Below, one piece after another: positions 19,252 through 26,915 of a stretch of 36,696 nucleotides of DNA. How positions within the stretch are numbered: the stretch's first letter is position 1; every line of letters begins with the position of its first letter. Source of the DNA: a virus; the IMG/VR virus record IMGVR_UViG_3300045988_172914, positions 1 through 36,696 of that record; one strand, given 5' to 3'. The notes below the pieces were generated by a model. That model saw nothing but the letters and a program-made list of their open reading frames with translations. It ran no database searches and was not told where the DNA came from. Position numbers and translations under genes: made by a program.

Positions 19252-20205
19252 CTATTCAATAGCATCCAACGTCGCTTGCATTTCAGCCATCGTAACAGGC
19301 TCGCCGTAGTTATCTTCGACCAATTCACCGTCAATAATCGGTTTCGGCGAAGATGCGCCATTACCATCGTCCGTCTTAACTTCGCTCACAGACAAATCAA
19401 CGCTAGTGCTCTCGTTGTCTACGTATTCTCTGTCAGCAGACTGGTCAGAAACCAGCGCTGTTTCGAGTTGGAAGCTCATCACCCCGTATCGTCCAAGCAA
19501 TAGCTTCAGTACAGTCTTCTTCGCCATGGCCTCGAAATTGGTTTTCCAAACACTGTCCGACCGAGAATAGCTCTTGCTGTATTTCTGAGCATGGCGTTCA
19601 AGTTCTTCGATGGTCATAAACAGTCGTTTTCTGAAGCCATTTTTCATCACCAGATAAGCCATCGCCCCAATCGGACGTCGCCCCTCCGCCTCTCGGTCTA
19701 TCGAAAAATCGAACTCCGGTTCACCCGACCAGGCATCCACCCCAACCAACTCACCTTCGTAGACGATCCGAGCGCCAATGTCTTCGTATTGACCGGTGCG
19801 CATTGCCAATTGGAAAAAGCCCCGCCAACCCATCTGGAATTGCGCTTTTTTACCATACGGAATTATATATGCGAATCCGAGCCCGTTATTTATTGGCAGA
19901 TCCAAAGCCGCCGCAGTCAAACACGCTGTCAGAATTGAGAACGGGGCGACGTCGCCCAAACGGTTGTTACTATCCTGAGCTAGCGATAGTACGCTGGCGA
20001 TGAATTGAGACGACTTACCTCTAAGCAGACCCTCAATATGCTTCTGTGTCGCTTTGTTATGCATCAATTCAGATATGTTTAGCTCACTTGCCTTGCGAGG
20101 TTGCCGTGTGCCACTCTCGGAGTTTGCAATTTCCTTTTTTATAGCGCCAACCTCAGACACATTTTTATCGATTACAGGGTTGCCACTTATTTTGTTGCTT
20201 GCCAT
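19252..20205 (-). CDS. recT: RecT-family single-strand annealing protein, 317 aa
   Basis: LPINNGLGFAYIIPYGKKAQFQMGWRGFFQLAMRTGQ block typical of RecT. Confidence 0.8.
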   Translation of the reverse strand: MASNKISGNPVIDKNVSEVGAIKKEIANSESGTRQPRKASELNISELMHNKATQKHIEGLLRGKSSQFIASVLSLAQDSNNRLGDVAPFSILTACLTAAALDLPINNGLGFAYIIPYGKKAQFQMGWRGFFQLAMRTGQYEDIGARIVYEGELVGVDAWSGEPEFDFSIDREAEGRRPIGAMAYLVMKNGFRKRLFMTIEELERHAQKYSKSYSRSDSVWKTNFEAMAKKTVLKLLLGRYGVMSFQLETALVSDQSADREYVDNESTSVDLSVSEVKTDDGNGASSPKPIIDGELVEDNYGEPVTMAEMQATLDAIE

Positions 20206-20221
20206 TTCAAAATCTCCTTAT

Positions 20222-21025
20222 TTAATTATTAATCATCCATGATGGCGGATAAACTAGACTAATTTCATCGTAAACCTGGTTGTCGAGAAAACTCAGGCGC
20301 TCGGCGTCGGTCTTGCCACTCCTGAGCTTGAAAGCATTGTATTCGGAGATACACTTGCCAACCTCGTCGACTCCCACCTTTACTAGCTCGGGCGCTGCCT
20401 GAAAGACCCCGACTCGAAATGGAGCTACCGTTTCCACGACGAGCCACCTGAACGGGATATTTAATCCCTTATTCAGCATCAGCAGATAACAGCCGACTTG
20501 TAGCTCGTAATGCAGCTTAGTTGCCTGCTGCTTGAAACTGTCAAAGCTAGATGTGGTCTTTATGTCAACCAATCCGGTGACATTGTCTTTATCGTCGACA
20601 CACATCGCATCTATGCGCCCTGTCCACTCTGAGCCGTTGATGGTTGCGTCGATCTTCACTTCGTGTTTAGCGTTAACCAGCAAGTCTTTGTATAGGGCAT
20701 GACGTCTCACTTGATCGGTGCACTTCGTAATAACGTCGAATTGTTCATCGTTGATGATCGGCTTGACCTGAACGTCTCGCCATTCTCGAGCCTCTTTCTT
20801 TCGAAAATCAGCGTACGGGTTGACAACAAAATTCTGTTCGCCGCCAATCAGACACTCGTGAACGAGAGTTCCAACGTCGACAGCTCCGGTGTAGCTAATC
20901 TCGAGCAATCCAAGCCGTTGAGCCACTGCATAATCGATCCCATGATCTAAGATTAGCTTGGCTGAACTATAGCTCCAATGATCCACATTGTCGCGCTTAC
21001 AAGCCTCATTCATTACTACTGTCAT
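20222..21025 (-). CDS. YqaJ/RecE-like PD-(D/E)xK exonuclease, 267 aa
   Basis: GLVDIKTT (D-x-K) catalytic motif; adjacent to recT as in RecET/Red-type modules. Confidence 0.65.
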   Translation of the reverse strand: MTVVMNEACKRDNVDHWSYSSAKLILDHGIDYAVAQRLGLLEISYTGAVDVGTLVHECLIGGEQNFVVNPYADFRKKEAREWRDVQVKPIINDEQFDVITKCTDQVRRHALYKDLLVNAKHEVKIDATINGSEWTGRIDAMCVDDKDNVTGLVDIKTTSSFDSFKQQATKLHYELQVGCYLLMLNKGLNIPFRWLVVETVAPFRVGVFQAAPELVKVGVDEVGKCISEYNAFKLRSGKTDAERLSFLDNQVYDEISLVYPPSWMINN

Positions 21026-21306
21026 TTATACATCTCTTCAAATTCTTTAGCAGTTAATGTTATTCTGTCCACTACTTCGTTACGCCGAAGCCTAAACAAC
21101 TTAAACTTAAACGCACCGGTAAACTTCAAATGTCGCACGGACGTCTCACCTTCGCCAATCTGAACCAGCTCAGTCGGATATTCATACCTGTACAACCGAT
21201 ATTTACTGCGAGTCGGACAAGCGATCGTCGTCATATTCATATCGTGTCTCAGGATACGACTCGCCGGTATTTCAACCATATGCCATTTACGCCTAGTCCC
21301 AAGCAT
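21022..21306 (-). CDS. Hypothetical protein, 94 aa
   Basis: ORF, coupled. Confidence 0.35.
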   Translation of the reverse strand: MLGTRRKWHMVEIPASRILRHDMNMTTIACPTRSKYRLYRYEYPTELVQIGEGETSVRHLKFTGAFKFKLFRLRRNEVVDRITLTAKEFEEMYK

Positions 21307-21589
21307 CGTCGCCGTCCAGATTCTGCGCTCGAAAACACTCGGTTAAGTCAGCGCTGTTAATAAATCTTAGTGGGCACGACTTAGCCCAAATGGACTCCAG
21401 TTCGCTCATGTCATATATCTTGTAGCCGAGCCTAGACATGGCGTCGATGTCGTCTTGAGTCTCACACACATAGATTTTATGACAGCCGTCCCAGGCAACA
21501 CCAACCCCCTCAATTTTATCTAGCGGCAGATCGGTATAGTCGCCCTTACTTCGATGCTTAGCTTTGTCTATTGTTTTACGCTTGGTCAT
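21293..21589 (-). CDS. Hypothetical protein, 98 aa, first gene of a transcription unit (AAGGAGG SD)
   Basis: ORF with a strong SD. Confidence 0.45.
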   Translation of the reverse strand: MTKRKTIDKAKHRSKGDYTDLPLDKIEGVGVAWDGCHKIYVCETQDDIDAMSRLGYKIYDMSELESIWAKSCPLRFINSADLTECFRAQNLDGDDAWD

Positions 21590-21626
21590 ATTACCTCCTT
21601 AAGCTTATGACATTATTAGTCTCTCA

Positions 21627-21649
21627 CAATTGACGATAAAAGTCAATTG
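21627..21649. promoter_or_regulatory. Perfect 8-bp inverted repeat CAATTGAC-N7-GTCAATTG (operator-like) in the promoter region of the 21589 unit
   Basis: Palindrome read directly; located between the upstream motif site and the SD. Confidence 0.45.
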
Positions 21650-21685
21650 TCAGAATAGTTATATTGTTGTAATTATTGCAACGAA

Positions 21686-21695
21686 CTGTGGAAAA
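21686..21695 (-). promoter_or_regulatory. Motif site A: TTTTCCACAG (sense = minus strand), ~100 nt upstream of gene 21589
   Basis: One of four orientation-consistent copies. Confidence 0.5.
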
Positions 21696-21758
21696 CTACG
21701 GGACTTATCAGTGGCGAGCCACCGTCGCGCCGTAGGTCTGACTAGCCTATCCTCTCAG

Positions 21759-21795
21759 AAAACAAAACCCCGCTGAAGTAAGCGGGGCTAAGTTT
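21759..21795 (-). terminator. Rho-independent terminator for the leftward transcript (CCCCGCT-tacttc-AGCGGGG + TTTTGTTTT on the minus strand)
   Basis: Hairpin plus T-tract directly after the stop of 21809..22537. Confidence 0.7.
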
Positions 21796-21808
21796 GGGCG
21801 GACTTACC

Positions 21809-22537
21809 TTATCTGAAATACTCGTAATCGGGCCTACCGATTAACACTTCATTGGCGTGGTGCTCGACGATTTTCAACGCAGCACGATATAGCGCCATTT
21901 TAGTCGTATGCTCGACGTGTCCGAACCAATCTGAGTCGACGTGCTCTAAAACCAAGTCGTCGTCATACAATCCTAACTGTCTCAGTACGGCGTCGACGAT
22001 GTCTCGAGCCAACTCCTCTTGAGCCTCGTGGTCTCTCGTAGCATGCCGCACTATATTGTCGAGGACTTGCTGCCGCTTATGATACATGATGTGGTTGTAG
22101 AATAAACATTTAAGCCCCTCGGCTATTCTCTCGTCACGGACAGTCTCGTAATCTTTATAAGACATCGACATAGGGTGGTAATAAGTCAGATAGAACACCA
22201 TGTCGATTATTTCAGGATTGTCGGTCACGAAATCCAGATGATTCCGCTTTAGCCATAACTTGTGAGCAATCTTACGCTTGTCGAGATGGTCTATCAGCTC
22301 ATTACAGAACTTGTACATGCAGCAATTGTTGCCAACGGCTCCGTATATAGCTTTGACGTCGCTATCTTTTAACATAAACTTTTCGATGATGTCCTCATCA
22401 CAAACATATCGTCGCTCTCTGTTTAGGTAGAAGCGAACGATGTTGCCTTCGATTCGAGCTTTCTGCTCACGATTGTGGTCGAGGTATGTGTCAATTCGCT
22501 CTGCCAGTTCGACGTTCTCGTTGATCTTGTTATCCAT
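21809..22537 (-). CDS. Hypothetical early protein, 242 aa (His-rich blocks; own promoter cassette and terminator)
   Basis: AGGAGG SD in the 44-bp cassette; terminator immediately downstream. Confidence 0.5.
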   Translation of the reverse strand: MDNKINENVELAERIDTYLDHNREQKARIEGNIVRFYLNRERRYVCDEDIIEKFMLKDSDVKAIYGAVGNNCCMYKFCNELIDHLDKRKIAHKLWLKRNHLDFVTDNPEIIDMVFYLTYYHPMSMSYKDYETVRDERIAEGLKCLFYNHIMYHKRQQVLDNIVRHATRDHEAQEELARDIVDAVLRQLGLYDDDLVLEHVDSDWFGHVEHTTKMALYRAALKIVEHHANEVLIGRPDYEYFR

Positions 22538-22580
22538 AATTACCTCCTACGTAATATTATGTTGACGCCATTATGGTAGC
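22537..22580. repeat. Copy 1 of a 44-bp exact repeat (taattacctcctacgtaatattatgttgacgccattatggtagc) carrying AGGAGG SD and leader for gene 22537
   Basis: Identical to 23661..23704. Confidence 0.85.
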
Positions 22581-22626
22581 GCAGCCGAGGCAGAGATGCA
22601 ATACTCCTGGTGTTGTAAAAAATGCA

Positions 22627-23118
22627 TCACTGTGTGGAAAATTGTCGTTTCCTCAAAATCTCAATCCGCTCAGCTATTCTTCGCCGGGCGTCACGTCTGC
22701 GGTTGTAAAGCAGATAGTCATCAACAGCCTCCATTGCAGCATCAAGCCCCAGCGCCATCGTCGCTGCGTAGCCGGCGTCAGCGAGTTTCAATAGAACGTC
22801 GCCCTGTTCCTTTAAGTGCTCGTTAGCCCAGCCACCGCCCCGCCTGGTAACCATGATATTCTTTCGCTTAAGTTCAATGAATAGACCATAGTATTTCTTT
22901 CCCTTCGACAGAGTGATCGGTTTAGCGACAAACATGTCCGGCCAACCTCGCCTGAACCCGTTCTGTCTGGCATTGACCTGCGCCTGAAAACGAGTTAGGT
23001 ATGCACCGGATCCAAAATCGGAGTGAAAAATAACGTCAGGAAAGCGCCGGCAGATATATTCCGCCAGCGCAACTTGGATAGTGCTCTCACTGACCGGCAG
23101 GCTTTGACAGTGCATCAT
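22627..23118 (-). CDS. VRR-NUC family nuclease, 163 aa
   Basis: GWPDMFV ... GLFIELK (PD-(D/E)xK; VRR-NUC signature G-x-PD ... IE-x-K). Confidence 0.65.
   Translation of the reverse strand: MMHCQSLPVSESTIQVALAEYICRRFPDVIFHSDFGSGAYLTRFQAQVNARQNGFRRGWPDMFVAKPITLSKGKKYYGLFIELKRKNIMVTRRGGGWANEHLKEQGDVLLKLADAGYAATMALGLDAAMEAVDDYLLYNRRRDARRRIAERIEILRKRQFSTQ
22629..22641 (-). promoter_or_regulatory. Motif site B: TTTTCCACACAG (variant with a CA insertion), ~50 nt upstream of the 44-bp cassette
   Basis: Motif comparison. Confidence 0.4.
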
Positions 23119-23354
23119 ATTGCTGTAAATAATAGCATGAGTTTGCCAAGGATGCCTACCCCTAGAGCGACAACCGCCAAAGCTACAGTTAGATGAATAT
23201 CGATCTGACGCTGCAGAGAGCGGTTTTCCCTGATTTTAGTTAGCCTGGGCGACGTAATCGATACTGGTTGATGCAATCGAGCGTAGCAACCGGCTAAAGC
23301 CCTTCCCCTGTAACTGTTTGTAGTGCTGTTGTTGTTATTATTATTCATGTCCAT
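23115..23354 (-). CDS. Small membrane protein, ~79 aa (poly-Asn N-terminus MDMNNNNNN; C-terminal TM)
   Basis: AGGAGG just upstream of the ATG pair; TM segment LTVALAVVALGVGILGKLMLLF. Confidence 0.4.
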   Translation of the reverse strand: MDMNNNNNNSTTNSYRGRALAGCYARLHQPVSITSPRLTKIRENRSLQRQIDIHLTVALAVVALGVGILGKLMLLFTAI

Positions 23355-23361
23355 ATTCCTC

Positions 23362-23658
23362 CTAAGCGTAAAGCTCCTTAAATTCACTAGTCGATAGCGT
23401 AGCCTCAGCAACAACGTCCTTGAAGTTGTATCGACCTTGACCTTTTTTCTCGAGGTGAAAATCGAAGTTGTCAGTGAAGCTCAAGCTGTATTCAGACCGA
23501 TTGCGATAGTTCTGTCTAATTAGCTTAGCCGGATGCCAAAAGCAATAGCCGGCATAGCTACTACCGTTCGGGCATTTGACTAAAATCGCTCTACCTGTGT
23601 TGTATTGGATCTGATTAGAGTGAATCGTTACGCTCTGCCATTCACTGTTGCTTGCCAT
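23362..23658 (-). CDS. First early gene of the leftward arm, 98 aa, unknown function
   Basis: AGGAGG SD in copy 2 of the 44-bp cassette. Confidence 0.5.
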   Translation of the reverse strand: MASNSEWQSVTIHSNQIQYNTGRAILVKCPNGSSYAGYCFWHPAKLIRQNYRNRSEYSLSFTDNFDFHLEKKGQGRYNFKDVVAEATLSTSEFKELYA

Positions 23659-24090
23659 TTTAATTACCTCCTACGTAATATTATGTTGACGCCATTATGG
23701 TAGCAAGATTAGACTTTGAAAGCAATAGATTCGTCTGGTCACAATGTAGTATTTTTACCACCAAACTGTGGAAAAGTCGCCCGTGCCAAGATCTGCCCCC
23801 TCTAGAAAGAAAAAGAAGCAAAAAGAAAGAAAAGAGAATATTCTATATAAAGAATATTCTATATATGAAAATAAAAACTTTAGAAGTTCTGCGCCCGAGC
23901 GTTACAGGCAAAAGCGGTTGCAAATAGTGAATTGACAAGCATAGGAGTTTATATTGCAGTAACGACATTTTCTCTATCTGTTGGAGCGTGATTCCACTGG
24001 TGTTGGAAAATAGAGTTTTCCACAGGCATGATGTAAATATTACACCATTAAAAACAGCACATTTTCGGAAAAATATGTTTATATAGGTGT
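23659..24090. promoter_or_regulatory. 430-bp divergent control region between the leftward early and rightward arms. It contains a candidate TTGCTA-N17-TAATAT leftward promoter, two motif sites (23766-23775, 24016-24025) and a 35-nt polypurine tract (23804-23838). It also holds a tandem palindromic 16-mer (23835-23866) and a near-palindrome (23998-24025), making it an origin and early-promoter candidate.
   Basis: Largest non-coding stretch, AT-rich, with repeats read directly. Confidence 0.55.
23661..23704. repeat. Copy 2 of the 44-bp exact repeat (SD/leader of gene 23658)
   Basis: Identical to 22537..22580. Confidence 0.85.
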
Positions 24091-24567
24091 ATGAAAAGTA
24101 ATGAAATTGACGGTTGGCGACAAAAACGCAAGGCTAATCGCATCGCCACCCTAAGAAAGCGAGTAAACCTGCCCCCAGAGGTGGTTGATGATAACTACCT
24201 ACCCCTAGCCAGATCTGTTCAACTAAAGGTCACTAAAAAAGAGTTCGACTCCATCGTGCGCTTGGCGAAGCAAAACGCATCGTCTAGTCTATCTCATTAT
24301 TTCGTGTCGCTAATCTTGCCTAAAAATATTGAAAAAACGCTAGATTATGTTCGTCGACTACTGAAGAGATCGCCGCAAATCATCTTGAACGTCGCAAAGC
24401 ACTTCAAAGGAGCTACTAAGCGTTTTATCGGTTACTTCGCTGACCAAGTAGGCATCCAGGCTCTTTCGATGGCTGATGTCATCGACATCTGCGAGAGGTC
24501 AGCAAACAAGCACAGTCCTGAGCAATATGCCGTTGGGATTTTGCGAGCGGGGTACGAGAGATGGTGA
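24091..24567 (+). CDS. Hypothetical basic protein, 158 aa (first gene of the rightward arm)
   Basis: ORF. Confidence 0.45.
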   Translation: MKSNEIDGWRQKRKANRIATLRKRVNLPPEVVDDNYLPLARSVQLKVTKKEFDSIVRLAKQNASSSLSHYFVSLILPKNIEKTLDYVRRLLKRSPQIILNVAKHFKGATKRFIGYFADQVGIQALSMADVIDICERSANKHSPEQYAVGILRAGYERW

Positions 24568-24932
24568 AAAATGACCGCTTTAAGTTCCTTGTGGCGTGGA
24601 AAAAGGCAGACGGCACGGCAAAACACCGGCTGTACAACACTAAAGATGAAGCCGATCGAGCCTATCTCATGCTGGTTTGCGCCGGTATATCTAAAGTCGC
24701 ACAACCGTTATTGTACGACACTAAATCGGGCAATAAATATAAAACAGACGAGGTTTTTGTCGACAGATCCGGTCCTCGCCTAAAATTGCGAAAAAATAAA
24801 ACGACAGCTTCGACGTCGCCCCTGCCCGACTCTGACGACAGATGGTCAAACGATTTTATTGAAGATTGTCGCAGGCGAGCAAAGCTAGGTAATCACTTGC
24901 GCTCGGTGCCAAAACAGATATCATTGTTGTAG
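24561..24932 (+). CDS. Hypothetical protein, 123 aa
   Basis: ORF overlapping the upstream stop. Confidence 0.4.
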   Translation: MVKNDRFKFLVAWKKADGTAKHRLYNTKDEADRAYLMLVCAGISKVAQPLLYDTKSGNKYKTDEVFVDRSGPRLKLRKNKTTASTSPLPDSDDRWSNDFIEDCRRRAKLGNHLRSVPKQISLL

Positions 24933-24933
24933 A

Positions 24934-25341
24934 ATGTACGACGATGATTTACACTTGTCTCGCAATCGAGCCGAACTGAGACGTAATCAACGAGCTCTGC
25001 TGGAGGAGATGTTGGAGATGACGGCTTTTGAGCTGTCGGCGATCGTTGATGATGACGAGGCGCCGTCTTTTCGGCGTGGTATGGCCAAAATGATCATGGC
25101 TTTTCAGGACAAGCACGAGCCGATGACCATGATCGGCATTTTAGACCAGATCTACGGCAAGCCAACTGAGCGAGTCGAAGTGAAACACTCCGAGATAATC
25201 GAAGGATTTGTAATTCCGACCCTATCGCAAGACGATATCCTGGCGCTTCAAAGTGGCGGTGGCGACAGTATCGGCGCGGTCGCTAATGATGAGGTTAACG
25301 GTAAAAATGACAACAAAGACGAAGTTGTGGACAAGCGATAG
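24934..25341 (+). CDS. Candidate terminase small subunit, 135 aa (by position only)
   Basis: Immediately upstream of and overlapping terL. Confidence 0.3.
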   Translation: MYDDDLHLSRNRAELRRNQRALLEEMLEMTAFELSAIVDDDEAPSFRRGMAKMIMAFQDKHEPMTMIGILDQIYGKPTERVEVKHSEIIEGFVIPTLSQDDILALQSGGGDSIGAVANDEVNGKNDNKDEVVDKR

Positions 25342-26896
25342 TGCAAAAGAGCTGACTGAATCAATGAAATCTTGGGCGCCCAACCCAGGTCCGCAGACAC
25401 TGGTTTTAGCGCTACTAATGTCCGGCGTATATCGGATTTTACTCTATGGTGGCGCTCGAGGCGGCGGAAAAACCGAGGCGTCTTTAATTAGTACGATCGA
25501 ACGAGTTAACAAAACGTTGTCAAAACAACTTATCATTCGAAAAAACGCTAAAGATTTACAAGATTACTGGCTGCGGTTGGAACAGCTGGGACAGGGTATT
25601 GAGGGTCTGAAATTTAGTCAATCGAAGTATACGGCAATCAGGCGCCTGCCGGGTGTCTTGTCTACGATATTTGGCGGACACCTCAAAGACGATCAGAGCT
25701 ACATGCAGTATCAGGGGCAACAGTTCGATCGCATCTGCATTGAGGAGTTAACTCAAATACCGACCGAACGTCGATTCAACATGCTTATATCAAGTTGTCG
25801 TTCAAGCAATAGGCTGCTCAAGCCTGTTGTGTTTTGTACAGCGAACCCCGGCGGCCCGGGTCATTCGTGGGTGAAGAGTCGGTTTGTCGAACCTGACTCA
25901 AAAATCTACGACACGACGAAAAAGAAGTATACCTACATTAATGGATCCGGCGAGGTTAAGGTAATTAACTGGCTGGACGTTGAGAATAAGTTTACAGGCG
26001 AGCGATCGGCATACATTCCTGCCACTGTTGACGATAATCCTGTCCTGCTCAAAAACGACCCCGAATATGTCAGAACGCTCGACTCGTTGGAGCAATCAGA
26101 TCCGGAATTGTATCGAGCCTGGAGGCACGGTGACTGGAATGTGGCTTTCGGAGCTGTTTTCGAGGAGTGGCGCAATGAATTGCACACCTTTAGTACTTTT
26201 GACAACATTACCAAGGACGACTTTGACAACGGCTACAAGCTAGCCGGCATGGACTGGGGATACAACGATGAGTGCGTTATGCTATGGGCTTTTCTCGACG
26301 AAGTGACCGAAAAACATTATCGTAATTACATTTACCGAGAGGTGCACGGCAATCATCAGCCGCCCTCTTATCACGCCAAGAAATTCGCCGAAATCCAGAA
26401 AATCGATCCTGTCTCGGTCTTTGCCATGCCGCACGACGCTTATTCGCACTTAGGCGGCTGGGACAAAATCGTTGATGTTTTTAAGGCGGAGACGGACAAA
26501 CTGCCGGTGGATAAGCGCCCAATGTATATCAGAGCTGATAAACTGTCGGTTGCGAAAAGACTCAACGCAATTGCTAACCTGCATCAGTTAATGCAGGTAT
26601 TCAGTGATGGTAGACCGTTGTTGAGGGTACACCGAAGTTGTGATTATACTATCAAAACACTACCAACCATTACGTACGCTGATGACAGCTTTGGCGAAAG
26701 AATTGCTAACAACTGCGCCGATCACGCCCTCGACGCCCTCTGTTATACCCTGATGGTCGGCTGGCAGATGGCCGGGTCGGTCACTTACAAGGATATTAGG
26801 TGTGAGCAAAAAAATAATTCCTATTACGAAGATGGCAACGGCGTGCCGGCTTCACTCATGCCTAATCTGGGGGATCTGGCCGCTCAGTCGTTGTAA
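25307..26896 (+). CDS. terL: Terminase large subunit, ~529 aa (track ORF starts at 25253)
   Basis: Walker A YGGARGGGKTEASL near the N-terminus; size; position before the portal. Confidence 0.85.
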   Translation: MTTKTKLWTSDSAKELTESMKSWAPNPGPQTLVLALLMSGVYRILLYGGARGGGKTEASLISTIERVNKTLSKQLIIRKNAKDLQDYWLRLEQLGQGIEGLKFSQSKYTAIRRLPGVLSTIFGGHLKDDQSYMQYQGQQFDRICIEELTQIPTERRFNMLISSCRSSNRLLKPVVFCTANPGGPGHSWVKSRFVEPDSKIYDTTKKKYTYINGSGEVKVINWLDVENKFTGERSAYIPATVDDNPVLLKNDPEYVRTLDSLEQSDPELYRAWRHGDWNVAFGAVFEEWRNELHTFSTFDNITKDDFDNGYKLAGMDWGYNDECVMLWAFLDEVTEKHYRNYIYREVHGNHQPPSYHAKKFAEIQKIDPVSVFAMPHDAYSHLGGWDKIVDVFKAETDKLPVDKRPMYIRADKLSVAKRLNAIANLHQLMQVFSDGRPLLRVHRSCDYTIKTLPTITYADDSFGERIANNCADHALDALCYTLMVGWQMAGSVTYKDIRCEQKNNSYYEDGNGVPASLMPNLGDLAAQSL

Positions 26897-26915
26897 TTTG
26901 GGCTATAATCTTAAT

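Noticed and set aside
22537-23704. Possibility that the 44-bp exact repeats or the 33-bp tandem repeat are a CRISPR array
   Set aside because: There are only two copies of each. One set is a leader/SD cassette fused to start codons and the other is in-frame coding repeat. No cas genes are present.
25253-25306. Upstream extension of terL to 25253 and of the portal gene to GTG 26802
   Set aside because: The extensions overlap the preceding genes by 90-95 nt. ATG 25307 and ATG 26916 give compact gene arrangements. Kept as alternatives only.
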